This document shows positions 36,458-44,467 of a DNA stretch of 64,000 bases, in pieces (within the stretch, counting starts at the first letter, position 1; each line of letters starts with the position of its first letter). The translations under genes were made by a program, and so were the position numbers. The notes under the pieces are model-generated. The model ran no database searches. It was not told the DNA's origin and saw only the letters and a program-made list of their open reading frames with translations. The DNA comes from Candidatus Poribacteria bacterium (GTDB taxonomy: Bacteria > Poribacteria > WGA-4E > WGA-3G). The stretch lies in the NCBI GenBank assembly GCA_022825825.1, contig JAJDWA010000037.1, positions 34 to 64,033 on the forward strand, given 5' to 3'.

Positions 36458-38566
36458 TTATTTCCGTATCAGCATCTTGCGCGTAGCAGTAAAATTGCCC
36501 GCGGTGAGTGTATAAAAATAGACTCCACTGGCGACCGACTCGCCAAGATTGTTTTTACCATCCCAGTGTGCCGCCCGACTGCGGTTCTGATAGAGACCCG
36601 GTGATTGATGCCCCAATGCCAAAGTTCGTACCACTGTGCCATCTATTGCATAGATAGTCAACGTGACATCGGCAGATTCTGCTAACTGATAGGGTATCCA
36701 TGTCTCAGGATTGAATGGATTGGGATAGTTCGGCAAGAGTGCAGTCTTTTTCGGGGTAAACGCTGCAAGTAGCTGCTGAAGGAAAAGAATCCCGCGTTGC
36801 GACTGTGCATCTATTAAGTTTAAGTGTTGTGCCTGAGATAACCACAGTTTGACATCTGCTGCCGTGAAGAGTCTTCCCGTCTGTGCGTAGACGGAAGGTG
36901 CTGCCGCTTTATTGCCTAATGCACCTGCAACCAGTACAAGATCAACGATATCAACGTCACCATCCCCATTAACATCCCCACTAACAACTACCGTATCACG
37001 TAAGATAATTGTTTGTCTTGGTTTGCCAAAACCTGAGGCGACGAGTTGTAAATCTAAAATATCCACAACGCCATCAAGATTAACATCCTCTCGCAGTCGT
37101 GGTACACCAACAACAGATTTTCGATTTCCAAAATAGAAACCGAGACGATCACCAGTGCTATTAACGATAACGATCTCAGACAAAGTTAGTGTTGACTCTT
37201 TAATGGCAATCACTTCAAACGTTAAGATTGCGAGTGTACCGTCCCCGCTGCTATCATCAGCGACAGAGGTTGCACCGAGTGTCACCTGATTCCCTTCAAC
37301 GACTGGTGGCACAAAAAATGCATCGGCGGGCAGGAAGTTCCCGTTGGCACTCTCCACATAGCGGAGTGCTGTATCATCAAAAATAATCTTGGCTTGATAT
37401 CCTTTAATATTCTTTCCGCCGGTAATGTCAATTTTCAAAGTTAATTTCTCCCCGATAGCCGGATCATCCACTGGTAATGGAGTGATACTTATACGAGTAT
37501 CGGGTAACTCCCACAACTCCCACAAGCGAATGGTCCTGTCCGCACTCGAACTTGCCAGTCTACTCCCATCAGGACTGAAAACTACATTATTGACACTACC
37601 CGTGTGTCCTTCAAGCGTTGCTATAGGATCACCAGAGACACCATCCCATAAACGAATGGTTCTGTCCGCACTTGCACTCGCCAGTCTACTCCCATCGGGA
37701 CTGAAAACTACACTACTAACACTATAAACTACACCATTAACACTAGGCGTGTGTCCTTCAAGCGTTGCTATAGGATCACCAGAGACACCATCCCATAAGC
37801 GAATGGTAGCGTCCCAACTCCCACTCGCCAGTCTACTCCCATCAGGACTGAAAACTACATCAGAAACACCACGCGTGTGTCCTTCAAGCCTTGCCATAAG
37901 ATCACCAGAGACACCCTCCCATAAGCGAACGGTATTATCAGAACTCCCACTCGCCAGTCTACTCCCATCAGGACTGAAAACTACACTATTGACAGAACTC
38001 GTGTGTCCTCTAAGCGTTGCTATAGGATCACCAGAAACACCATCCCATAAGCGAACGGTATTATCATAACTCCCACTCGCCAGTCTACTCCCATCCGGAC
38101 TGAAAACTACACTATTGACAGAACTCGTGTGTCCTCTAAGCGTTGCTATAGGATCACCGGAGACACCATCCCATAAGCGAACGTCACCGTCCTGGCTCCC
38201 ACTCGCCAGTCTACTCCCATCCGGACTGAAAACTACACCAGTGACAGAACCCGTGTGTCTAAGTGTTGCTATATGTGCACCAGAAACACCATCCCATAAG
38301 CCGATAGTTTTGTCAGAACTCCCACTCGCCAGTCTACTCCCATCCGGATTGAAAACTACACCAGTGACAGAACCCGTGTGTCCTCTAAGTACTTTGGATG
38401 GAATATTTTGCGCGAACGTGGTCTGTGGTCCAAAAGTTAGTAACAATAAGATAGCTAAAGTTATGGTAGATTTTAGAAGGATTTGGACACTCTGTCCTGG
38501 CGAGGTTAGGAAACCTCGCCTACCGAGGATCATAAAATGTGTTTTTTTCATCAGTTTTCCTTTCAT
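36458..38566 (-). CDS. WD40 propeller - cohesin-like - double dockerin - T9SS C-terminal sorting domain protein
   Basis: About seven WD40 repeats (GHTxSVxxVVFSPDGSRLASGSxDxTxRLWD). A cohesin-like module follows (ISITP...LTLKIDITGGKNIKGYQAKIIFDDTALRY). Dockerin loops are DVNLDGVVDILDL and DVNGDGDVDIVDL. The C-terminal NYPNPFNPETWIPYQL...IYAIDG...WDGKN..GE.VASGVYFYTL matches the T9SS/FlgD-Ig type CTD. The start could instead be at 38551 or 38533, where MILGRRGFLTS resembles a Tat motif. Confidence 0.85.
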   Translation of the reverse strand: MKGKLMKKTHFMILGRRGFLTSPGQSVQILLKSTITLAILLLLTFGPQTTFAQNIPSKVLRGHTGSVTGVVFNPDGSRLASGSSDKTIGLWDGVSGAHIATLRHTGSVTGVVFSPDGSRLASGSQDGDVRLWDGVSGDPIATLRGHTSSVNSVVFSPDGSRLASGSYDNTVRLWDGVSGDPIATLRGHTSSVNSVVFSPDGSRLASGSSDNTVRLWEGVSGDLMARLEGHTRGVSDVVFSPDGSRLASGSWDATIRLWDGVSGDPIATLEGHTPSVNGVVYSVSSVVFSPDGSRLASASADRTIRLWDGVSGDPIATLEGHTGSVNNVVFSPDGSRLASSSADRTIRLWELWELPDTRISITPLPVDDPAIGEKLTLKIDITGGKNIKGYQAKIIFDDTALRYVESANGNFLPADAFFVPPVVEGNQVTLGATSVADDSSGDGTLAILTFEVIAIKESTLTLSEIVIVNSTGDRLGFYFGNRKSVVGVPRLREDVNLDGVVDILDLQLVASGFGKPRQTIILRDTVVVSGDVNGDGDVDIVDLVLVAGALGNKAAAPSVYAQTGRLFTAADVKLWLSQAQHLNLIDAQSQRGILFLQQLLAAFTPKKTALLPNYPNPFNPETWIPYQLAESADVTLTIYAIDGTVVRTLALGHQSPGLYQNRSRAAHWDGKNNLGESVASGVYFYTLTAGNFTATRKMLIRK
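37531..38395 (-). repeat. Intragenic tandem repeats (~126-nt period) encoding the WD40 blades
   Basis: The string ccagtctactcccatcNggaNtgaaaactaca recurs about eight times at ~126-nt spacing. Adjacent blades are nearly identical at nucleotide level. Confidence 0.85.
38499..38520. repeat. Hairpin repeat with conserved GGTTAGGAAACC core (copy inside the 5-prime end of the WD40 ORF)
   Basis: GGCGA-GGTTAGGAAACC-TCGCC. The same 12-nt core occurs at 52621-52646 and 52663-52688 with different but self-complementary flanks. Confidence 0.6.
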
Positions 38567-38578
38567 TTGGTTTTGGTA

Positions 38579-39460
38579 TTATTCGTTGTTTTCGTTCAAC
38601 GCTTGCGTGAACTCTTCCAGAGTTTCCACTTGCATTGCGATCCGAAACAGTTGCTTAAGGCGTTGGAGATCATCAATCGCCTCTAAATCGGGTTTCAAGT
38701 TTTGCGCGGCTTCGGTTTGCAATTGAAAGGCGAGTATCTCAAGGATATTTTCACGCGTGGATTCTTGTCTTCCTCTTTCGCGTGCTTGTGGTGCCACGTA
38801 TTCAACAATTGGTGGGTGTTGCATGGTTTCCTCCGAAATAATATCTAAAATCGTTTGTGAATCATAAACTAAATTTCCCAAAATAGCCAAACATCCGAGA
38901 TATTCAGGCTTGTTCGGAACATCAATGCTATCAGCTATTTGAACACACCGGCGAAGCCATTGCTCAGCATCTATGTCTGCCGGATGCTTCATGAGCGGTG
39001 CGAAAGGGACCAAACCTGCAAGCTTTAAATCGAGTATCGTTTGTCCATCTATTTCACTGAGCCGGAAAACTTGGTATTCAATAGAAATATTATGGTTTTC
39101 CAGATTTTGCGTGAACTTTCCTGGGTCGTTTTTCCCTGCATCAGGCCCCAAATAGAGGACATTAGAATACACTGGTAAACGGTAGACTTCAATCGCTCTA
39201 ATGATGTAACCTGCCATCCGCAGTGGCATCTCCGGGTCATAACTATCAGCGGTTTGAAACTCAAAATGCACAAGAACTTCTGTCCCTTCGTAAAGGGCTT
39301 TGATAAGAATGTCTGCTTGACGCATTTCAACGGTCGGTTGTTCAGGAGTAACGACCTCCAGTACGGTGATATTCTCCAATCCGAATTTGAAGCAGAGGTA
39401 GACAAAATCCAGCGGGTTTGTCTCTACCTGTTTTTTAGAGGCAGTATCAAAACTTGCCAT
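38579..39460 (-). CDS. Rpn/YhgA-like PD-(D/E)XK nuclease (putative transposase-like protein) with a DUF4351-type tail
   Basis: ADILIKALYEGTEVLVHFEFQT matches the D...hiEfQ core of the Rpn/Transposase_31 family as I recall it. The C-terminus is a helical tail. Confidence 0.6.
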   Translation of the reverse strand: MASFDTASKKQVETNPLDFVYLCFKFGLENITVLEVVTPEQPTVEMRQADILIKALYEGTEVLVHFEFQTADSYDPEMPLRMAGYIIRAIEVYRLPVYSNVLYLGPDAGKNDPGKFTQNLENHNISIEYQVFRLSEIDGQTILDLKLAGLVPFAPLMKHPADIDAEQWLRRCVQIADSIDVPNKPEYLGCLAILGNLVYDSQTILDIISEETMQHPPIVEYVAPQARERGRQESTRENILEILAFQLQTEAAQNLKPDLEAIDDLQRLKQLFRIAMQVETLEEFTQALNENNE

Positions 39461-39514
39461 CTGTTTCCTTTCACAGTTTTATAGTGAATTCTACAATTAA
39501 CTTTACATCTGATA

Positions 39515-39579
39515 TGTAGGAGGGAACTCCGATTCCCGACTATTAGTGGTTTGGTCGCGATTCGGAGATCGCTCCTACA
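39515..39579. repeat. Imperfect 26-bp inverted repeat with a 13-nt spacer
   Basis: tgtaggagggaactccgattcccgac ... gtcgcgattcggagatcgctcctaca, with 22 of 26 positions complementary. Each arm also contains its own GGAG-N4-CTCC mini-hairpin. Confidence 0.6.
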
Positions 39580-39655
39580 GAATATATGTCCACTTATTAC
39601 ATAATTTACTATAATATGTGTTTTTAACATCTGTTTTCTTTTGTTATTGGCAAAT

Positions 39656-40597
39656 CTAAAGCCCTTCATAAATTATGTTGACAACAAGTTTTCCGACAAT
39701 TTCTAAACTCTTTGGGCTACATTTGTCCACCGTATCTTCAAGCGTATGCCAATGCGGATAATCGAAGTCAATTATATTCACCATCGGTATGCCTGCTCTG
39801 ATTAACGGGACATGGTCATCCATCACTTTGTAACCTAATTTGCGTTGAAAAGGGGCTAAGCCGAGTTTCTCTGCACGTCGCCAGATAGCAAGTGCGAATT
39901 CTGGGTTTGCCTCCCAAGAGAATCGTTCTATCGGTATCTGCAAATCCTTGTCACCTATCATGTCCAAGAGAATGCCGTAGTCGGGTTTCCACTTTCCCAT
40001 ATTTTTTGCGAAATAACGGGAACCGAAGAACATTTGGTCAGTTGTTTTCCCATAATCTTCTCCATCAAACAGAATAATGATGATCCTACGCGGTGGCGGT
40101 GTTGCCTTTAGAATTCGTGCGATTTCAAGCAAAACTGCTACACCTGATGCCCCATCATTAGCCCCGAGAATAGGTTCGCGCTGCTTATCACGATTCGGGT
40201 CTCTATCAGCACAAGGGCGTGTATCCCAATGTGCTGCGAGCAGAAGTGTTTCACTGTGACTGCTACCGAATTCAGCGATGATGTTGTTCATGTGGAGCGT
40301 TTTGCGTTGGGGTGGATCGTCAATCGTGTCTACTTCTGATGTGTAGGGTTGAAGTGTAACAGAGTCTGTATATTTTTTAAGTTCCGTAAAAAGATAATCG
40401 CGTGTTTTCCGATGTGCTTCTGAACCTGGGGGACGCGGACCGAATTCGCACTGCTTTTTCAAAATTTCAAAGGCGCGGTGGCTGTCAAAAGGCAAAGGGG
40501 TCTTTTGAGCGGCTGGGTTCGGTGGTTCTGCACACGCCCACGTGAATATGCCACAACATAGGATCAAAACGAGAATAGTTAACTGTATGATTTTCAT
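39656..40597 (-). CDS. M28-family metallopeptidase / glutaminyl-cyclase-like protein
   Basis: Signal peptide, then metal-ligand motifs LLLAAHWDTR, GANDGASGVAVLLEIAR, ILFDGEDYG and a terminal HWHT. Confidence 0.85.
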   Translation of the reverse strand: MKIIQLTILVLILCCGIFTWACAEPPNPAAQKTPLPFDSHRAFEILKKQCEFGPRPPGSEAHRKTRDYLFTELKKYTDSVTLQPYTSEVDTIDDPPQRKTLHMNNIIAEFGSSHSETLLLAAHWDTRPCADRDPNRDKQREPILGANDGASGVAVLLEIARILKATPPPRRIIIILFDGEDYGKTTDQMFFGSRYFAKNMGKWKPDYGILLDMIGDKDLQIPIERFSWEANPEFALAIWRRAEKLGLAPFQRKLGYKVMDDHVPLIRAGIPMVNIIDFDYPHWHTLEDTVDKCSPKSLEIVGKLVVNIIYEGL

Positions 40598-40889
40598 CGA
40601 CTACGTCTCTTTCATTTTATAGTAAATTCCATAATTATTTGGACATTTTTGCACCTGTCTAATTTCCCCCCGCCATCACATGCGCCAAATCAACGGTATG
40701 AATACCATTTAGGCATTCCCGTGTGGCATGCGAATTGGGGGATAAAGGAGGGTAATCTTTCAGGTGTAACTTAATTGTGGATTCCACTATAAAAGTAAAT
40801 ATGGAAATCAGAGATGAAATTTCAAATTGAATACTTTCAATTTATCTCACCTGACTTCCTATTTTAACGAATTTCACTATAAAATACGT

Positions 40890-41489
40890 TTACACTGCGC
40901 GTCTGCCTTCCAAAGCCTTCGCAAGGGTTACTTCGTCAATGTACTCCAAGTCCCCTCCAACAGGAATACCGTAGGCGATTCGTGTAACACTTACCTGAAA
41001 CTGCTCAAGATGTTGCGTAAGATAAAGTGCCGTTGCTTGTCCTTCTGTGTCCCAGTTGGTCGCGAGGATAACCTCTTTGACGGTTCCATTGTGGACTCGA
41101 TTAAAAAGAGAATCTATTCGTAGAGAATCTGGGCCGACTCCATCTAATGGCGATAAAACGCCGCCGAGCACATGATACAACCCTTTGTGGCTTTCAGTCC
41201 GTTCTATTGCCCATAAATCATCCGGTTGTTCAACAACACAGATAATCTGTGGGTCACGTCTCGGATTTGAACAGATATGACACGGGTTTATGTCAGTAAT
41301 AGTACCACATATCTTGCAATCTGACAAGTTTTCTTTAACTTCTAAGATCGCTTCTGCGATTTGTTTGGTCTCAATGTCCGGGAGTGTTAGCATAAAAAAA
41401 GCTAAACGTTGCGCGGTTTTGGGACCAACCGTAGGAAGTTTCTGAAGCTGCATGATAAGCCGCTCCAACGGTTGTGGATAGCCTTGCAT
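40890..41489 (-). CDS. recR: Recombination protein RecR
   Basis: HhH N-terminus, C4 zinc finger CKICGTITDINPCHIC, Toprim domain. Conserved dnaX-ybaB-recR synteny. Confidence 0.93.
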   Translation of the reverse strand: MQGYPQPLERLIMQLQKLPTVGPKTAQRLAFFMLTLPDIETKQIAEAILEVKENLSDCKICGTITDINPCHICSNPRRDPQIICVVEQPDDLWAIERTESHKGLYHVLGGVLSPLDGVGPDSLRIDSLFNRVHNGTVKEVILATNWDTEGQATALYLTQHLEQFQVSVTRIAYGIPVGGDLEYIDEVTLAKALEGRRAV

Positions 41490-41506
41490 GTTTTTGCCTA
41501 TTGCTG

Positions 41507-41815
41507 TTACGGAAGTCCCGGAATCTTAAAACCACCTGTGAGTTTGCTCATCTCATCAGACATCAGTTCTTGTGATTGTTGCAATGCCTCATTCACAGCT
41601 GCCACAACTAAATCTTCAAGCATTTCAGTGTCATCAGGGTCAACAACTTCTGGTGTAATGCGGAGTGAAACGAGTTCTTGTTGCCCATTGACCACTGCGG
41701 TGACCATGCCGCCTCCGACGGTTGCTTCAATCGTCTGGTTCGCGAGTTCTTCACGGATTTCAAGCATGCGCTTTTGCATCTGCTGCGCTTGCTTCATTAA
41801 GTCATTCATTTTCAT
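41507..41815 (-). CDS. ybaB: Nucleoid-associated protein YbaB/EbfC
   Basis: 102 aa with MNDLMKQAQQMQ and VTAVVNGQQELVSLRI. Sits between dnaX and recR. Confidence 0.92.
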   Translation of the reverse strand: MKMNDLMKQAQQMQKRMLEIREELANQTIEATVGGGMVTAVVNGQQELVSLRITPEVVDPDDTEMLEDLVVAAVNEALQQSQELMSDEMSKLTGGFKIPGLP

Positions 41816-41860
41816 AATTGTAAATGATTCCGATTCTCAAAGAGAACTGGAAATATCTCC

Positions 41861-43627
41861 TTATTGAGTTTCTAAAATTCTTGCGTCAAATAGGTCAAGC
41901 ACGGGTCTGATCTGTTCATCTTCTTCGGCTTGCTGTCTACGCATCATAGGTGTTGTTTTCACTTTTTCCTCAACCGGTTCAAGGGTTTCTTCGGGTTGTG
42001 CTACTGCTTCACCCTTGATAAGTTCAATCTGAACCGGTTTTCCTAAAGCCTCTTTAAATGCCTTGGTAATATCTGCTATTGCCTCATTATAATTTAAAAA
42101 AAACGCTCCTTCAGGATAAATAATATTAATTTGATCTTCTCCTTCTACCTTTGGAGTCGCATCCCTGAGTGCGCCATGAACTAAAGAAGGCGAAATTTCC
42201 TTAAGCCGTGATTTGACCTCTTCCCAAATAGTGGGCAGCTCGTCCAAACTACGAACTGCTATTTGATCGGATTGATTCGTATTTGACACCGATTCACTAT
42301 TTTCTACTACGGGACTTGGAGGTGTTTGAGATGCAATTTCTGATTCTTGTATGGAACGGGTAGGACTATCTACTTCAAAAACCGGTTCCAGGGTTTCACC
42401 GCTGCGGAGGCTGCTGGGAAGTGGCGGATTTGGTGTAGGCTCTGATTCGCTACTATCAATTTTCTGTTCTAAGGCAACAAGTTTACGGATAATTTCATCA
42501 AGTTGAATGGTTTCATTTATTGTGTTGATCTGAATTAGCGCATTTTCAAGTTGTAATTGGGCATAACCGTATTCTTTGATTTCACGGTTGGCATGCATCA
42601 GAATTTTGATAATTCGCGATAGTCGGTCTACTGATATCTGTTGTGCTTTTTCCTTGAGTTCGGATAGTTCAGATTTTGGGTTTTGAATAAGTTCATCAAG
42701 TTGGCTATCAACAGCAAGGAGTCGTAGGTCGCGAAAGTATGTGATGAGTTGATGCAGGCATTGTGTCAAATCCATTCCTTGTTTAGATAGTTTGTTTAAT
42801 GTAGCGAGTCCCGAAGCAAGGTTGCGTTTTTCGATTGCCTCCGAAAGTTCGTGAAGTAGTAAATTTGAACCGTGTCCAAGTGTCTCTTGAACGTTTGTTA
42901 GTGTTAACTCTTTCCCCGCAGATGACACTAAGCGTTCAAGAAGGTTCTCGGCATCACGGAGACATCCTTCGGATTGACGTGCGATGAGGGCAAACACGCC
43001 ATCATCTGCCGAAATCTTTTCATCATCAGCTATAAGCTGTAAGCGAGAAACTATTTGCTCAGGGATGAGATGGCGAAAGTCAAAGTCTTGACAACGGGAG
43101 ATAATGGTTTTTGGGATTTGGCCGTGTTCGGTAGTTGCCATGATGAAGATAACATGCGGTGGTGGTTCCTCAAGTGTTTTCAGTAACGCATTGAAACCTT
43201 CCGTTGTTAGCATGTGAACTTCATCAATAATGTAGATTTTATATTTATAGGCTGCGGGAGAAAGTTTGACGTTCTCACGGAGGTCCCGGATTGTGTCAAT
43301 GCCACGATTGGAAGCAGCGTCCATCTCTATAACATCAAAAGATGATCCTTGGGTTATCTCTCTACAAGCATCACATTCATTACACGGTTCACCTGTAATT
43401 ACTTGCTCAAATTCAGTTTCTTGCGTGGGGTTCAGACAGTTGACCGCTTTGGCGAAGAGGCGTGCCACTGTCGTTTTACCTGTACCTCTTGGTCCCCAAA
43501 AAAGGTATGCATGACCAAGACGCTCGGACCGAATTTGGTTCTGTAACGTACTGGTTACGTGCGCCTGTCCAACAACATCGCTGAAGTACTGAGGGCGCCA
43601 TTTCTGTGCGAAAACTTCATAAGACAT
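41861..43627 (-). CDS. dnaX: DNA polymerase III subunits gamma/tau
   Basis: Walker A GPRGTGKTT, zinc module CNECDACREI, and IIDEVHMLT. Confidence 0.93.
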   Translation of the reverse strand: MSYEVFAQKWRPQYFSDVVGQAHVTSTLQNQIRSERLGHAYLFWGPRGTGKTTVARLFAKAVNCLNPTQETEFEQVITGEPCNECDACREITQGSSFDVIEMDAASNRGIDTIRDLRENVKLSPAAYKYKIYIIDEVHMLTTEGFNALLKTLEEPPPHVIFIMATTEHGQIPKTIISRCQDFDFRHLIPEQIVSRLQLIADDEKISADDGVFALIARQSEGCLRDAENLLERLVSSAGKELTLTNVQETLGHGSNLLLHELSEAIEKRNLASGLATLNKLSKQGMDLTQCLHQLITYFRDLRLLAVDSQLDELIQNPKSELSELKEKAQQISVDRLSRIIKILMHANREIKEYGYAQLQLENALIQINTINETIQLDEIIRKLVALEQKIDSSESEPTPNPPLPSSLRSGETLEPVFEVDSPTRSIQESEIASQTPPSPVVENSESVSNTNQSDQIAVRSLDELPTIWEEVKSRLKEISPSLVHGALRDATPKVEGEDQINIIYPEGAFFLNYNEAIADITKAFKEALGKPVQIELIKGEAVAQPEETLEPVEEKVKTTPMMRRQQAEEDEQIRPVLDLFDARILETQ

Positions 43628-43713
43628 GTTTTAACCTTAGACAGGCAGTATCAGCCTACCCTATTTAGCGTTTAAGCATACGCGTGTGTAAGTGTGCACA
43701 CTTCATATATAAT

Positions 43714-43983
43714 GGCTATGCACCCAGAGTTGACAAGCCTCTCCGGGCGTTGCCCATGTCGTTGGCTCAAGCCAGGCTACCTTGCGTCACACGAGAAGAC
43801 TCATCTGCCGCTGCTTCTTTCCAGACCTGACGGGGTTCAACAAGCTCTCGTTGCTCAAGACCCAACCATCAACGCTACGTGCATGGGACAGACCCCACAA
43901 AGACAGGCCGCATGCTGGGGATTCAGTTCTGCTTTAGCGGTTTGCAGATACAGGGCACCGCTACCTCCCCACCTAGCATAGCC
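43714..43983 (-). ncRNA. ffs: Signal recognition particle RNA, long (Alu-domain, Bacillus-type) form
   Basis: The minus strand contains the domain IV core GUCAGGUCUGGAAAGAAGCAGC (plus-strand coordinates 43810-43832). It also has a 5-prime Alu-domain segment GCUAGGUGGGGAGGUAGCGGUGCCCUGUAUCUGCAAACCGCUAAAGCAG, close to the B. subtilis scRNA as I recall it. The termini pair (GGCUAUGC with GCAUAGCC). It lies immediately upstream of dnaX, as in Bacillus. The ends are approximate. Confidence 0.85.
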
Positions 43984-44067
43984 AAGTCGTTAAAGTTATT
44001 CATCGGATATGGACACGTCGGGTCTGCAACGTTCAATTGAACTAAAACCGACGCATCTCCTCAAAAC

Positions 44068-44159
44068 TGGCGGAGAGAGTGGGATTCGAACCCACGGTAC
44101 TGCAAAACAGCACACATGATTTCCAGTCATGCCAGTTCAACCAACTCCTGCATCTCTCC
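44068..44159 (-). tRNA. tRNA-Ser (GGA)
   Basis: Acceptor stem GGAGAGA/TCTCTCC, anticodon stem-loop CATGA-CTGGAAA-TCATG, long variable arm, T-loop GGTTCGAATCC. CCA is encoded. Confidence 0.9.
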
Positions 44160-44175
44160 GAAAAGTATAAGTAAA

Positions 44176-44248
44176 TGGAGCAGACGGGATTCGAACCCGT
44201 GACCTCATCCGTGCGAGGGATACACTCTCCCAACTGAGCTACTGCCCC
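44176..44248 (-). tRNA. tRNA-Ala (CGC)
   Basis: 73 nt with a G3:U70 pair in the acceptor stem GGGGCAG/CTGCTCC and the anticodon loop CTCGCAC. Confidence 0.9.
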
Positions 44249-44382
44249 AAGTAAATCATAGAAGTTTAGTAGATACCCGTAACGTTACATTTTTCGCTTG
44301 TTCAAGAAGTCCATTGTAGCACAAACTTTTAGTTTGTGTCGTCCCTGCGCAAACTAAAAGTTTGCGGTACTATCAAAAGAAA

Positions 44383-44467
44383 CGGAGAGAGTGGGATTCG
44401 AACCCACGGTGACTTGCGCCACAACAGTTTTCGAGACTGTCCAGTTCAACCGCTCCTGCATCTCTCC
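44383..44467 (-). tRNA. tRNA-Ser (CGA)
   Basis: 85 nt with the anticodon stem-loop ACAGT-CTCGAAA-ACTGT, a long variable arm and a canonical T-arm. Confidence 0.9.

Noticed and set aside
37425-38726. The highly regular repeats could be mistaken for a CRISPR array or a satellite.
   Set aside because: The period is 126 nt with no repeat/spacer alternation, and it translates in frame into WD40 blades on the minus strand. No CRISPR array is present anywhere in the window.
40827-41123. 98-aa plus-strand ORF.
   Set aside because: It mostly lies antisense to recR and has no motifs.
42085-42110. The T-run (GCG TTT TTT TTA) in dnaX as a possible programmed frameshift site producing gamma.
   Set aside because: It lies at about codon 505 of 588, far downstream of where the gamma/tau split occurs in E. 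coli. There is no downstream stem-loop and no A AAA AAG heptamer. It is probably just Phe-Phe-Leu codons.
34203-43627. The mnmG-rsmG and dnaX-recR neighbourhood as a possible replication origin.
   Set aside because: I saw only isolated DnaA-box-like 9-mers inside coding regions (near 41473 and 46436). There is no cluster of boxes, no AT-rich unwinding element and no dnaA or dnaN gene.
43694-43981. 95-aa plus-strand ORF.
   Set aside because: It coincides with the SRP RNA gene on the opposite strand.
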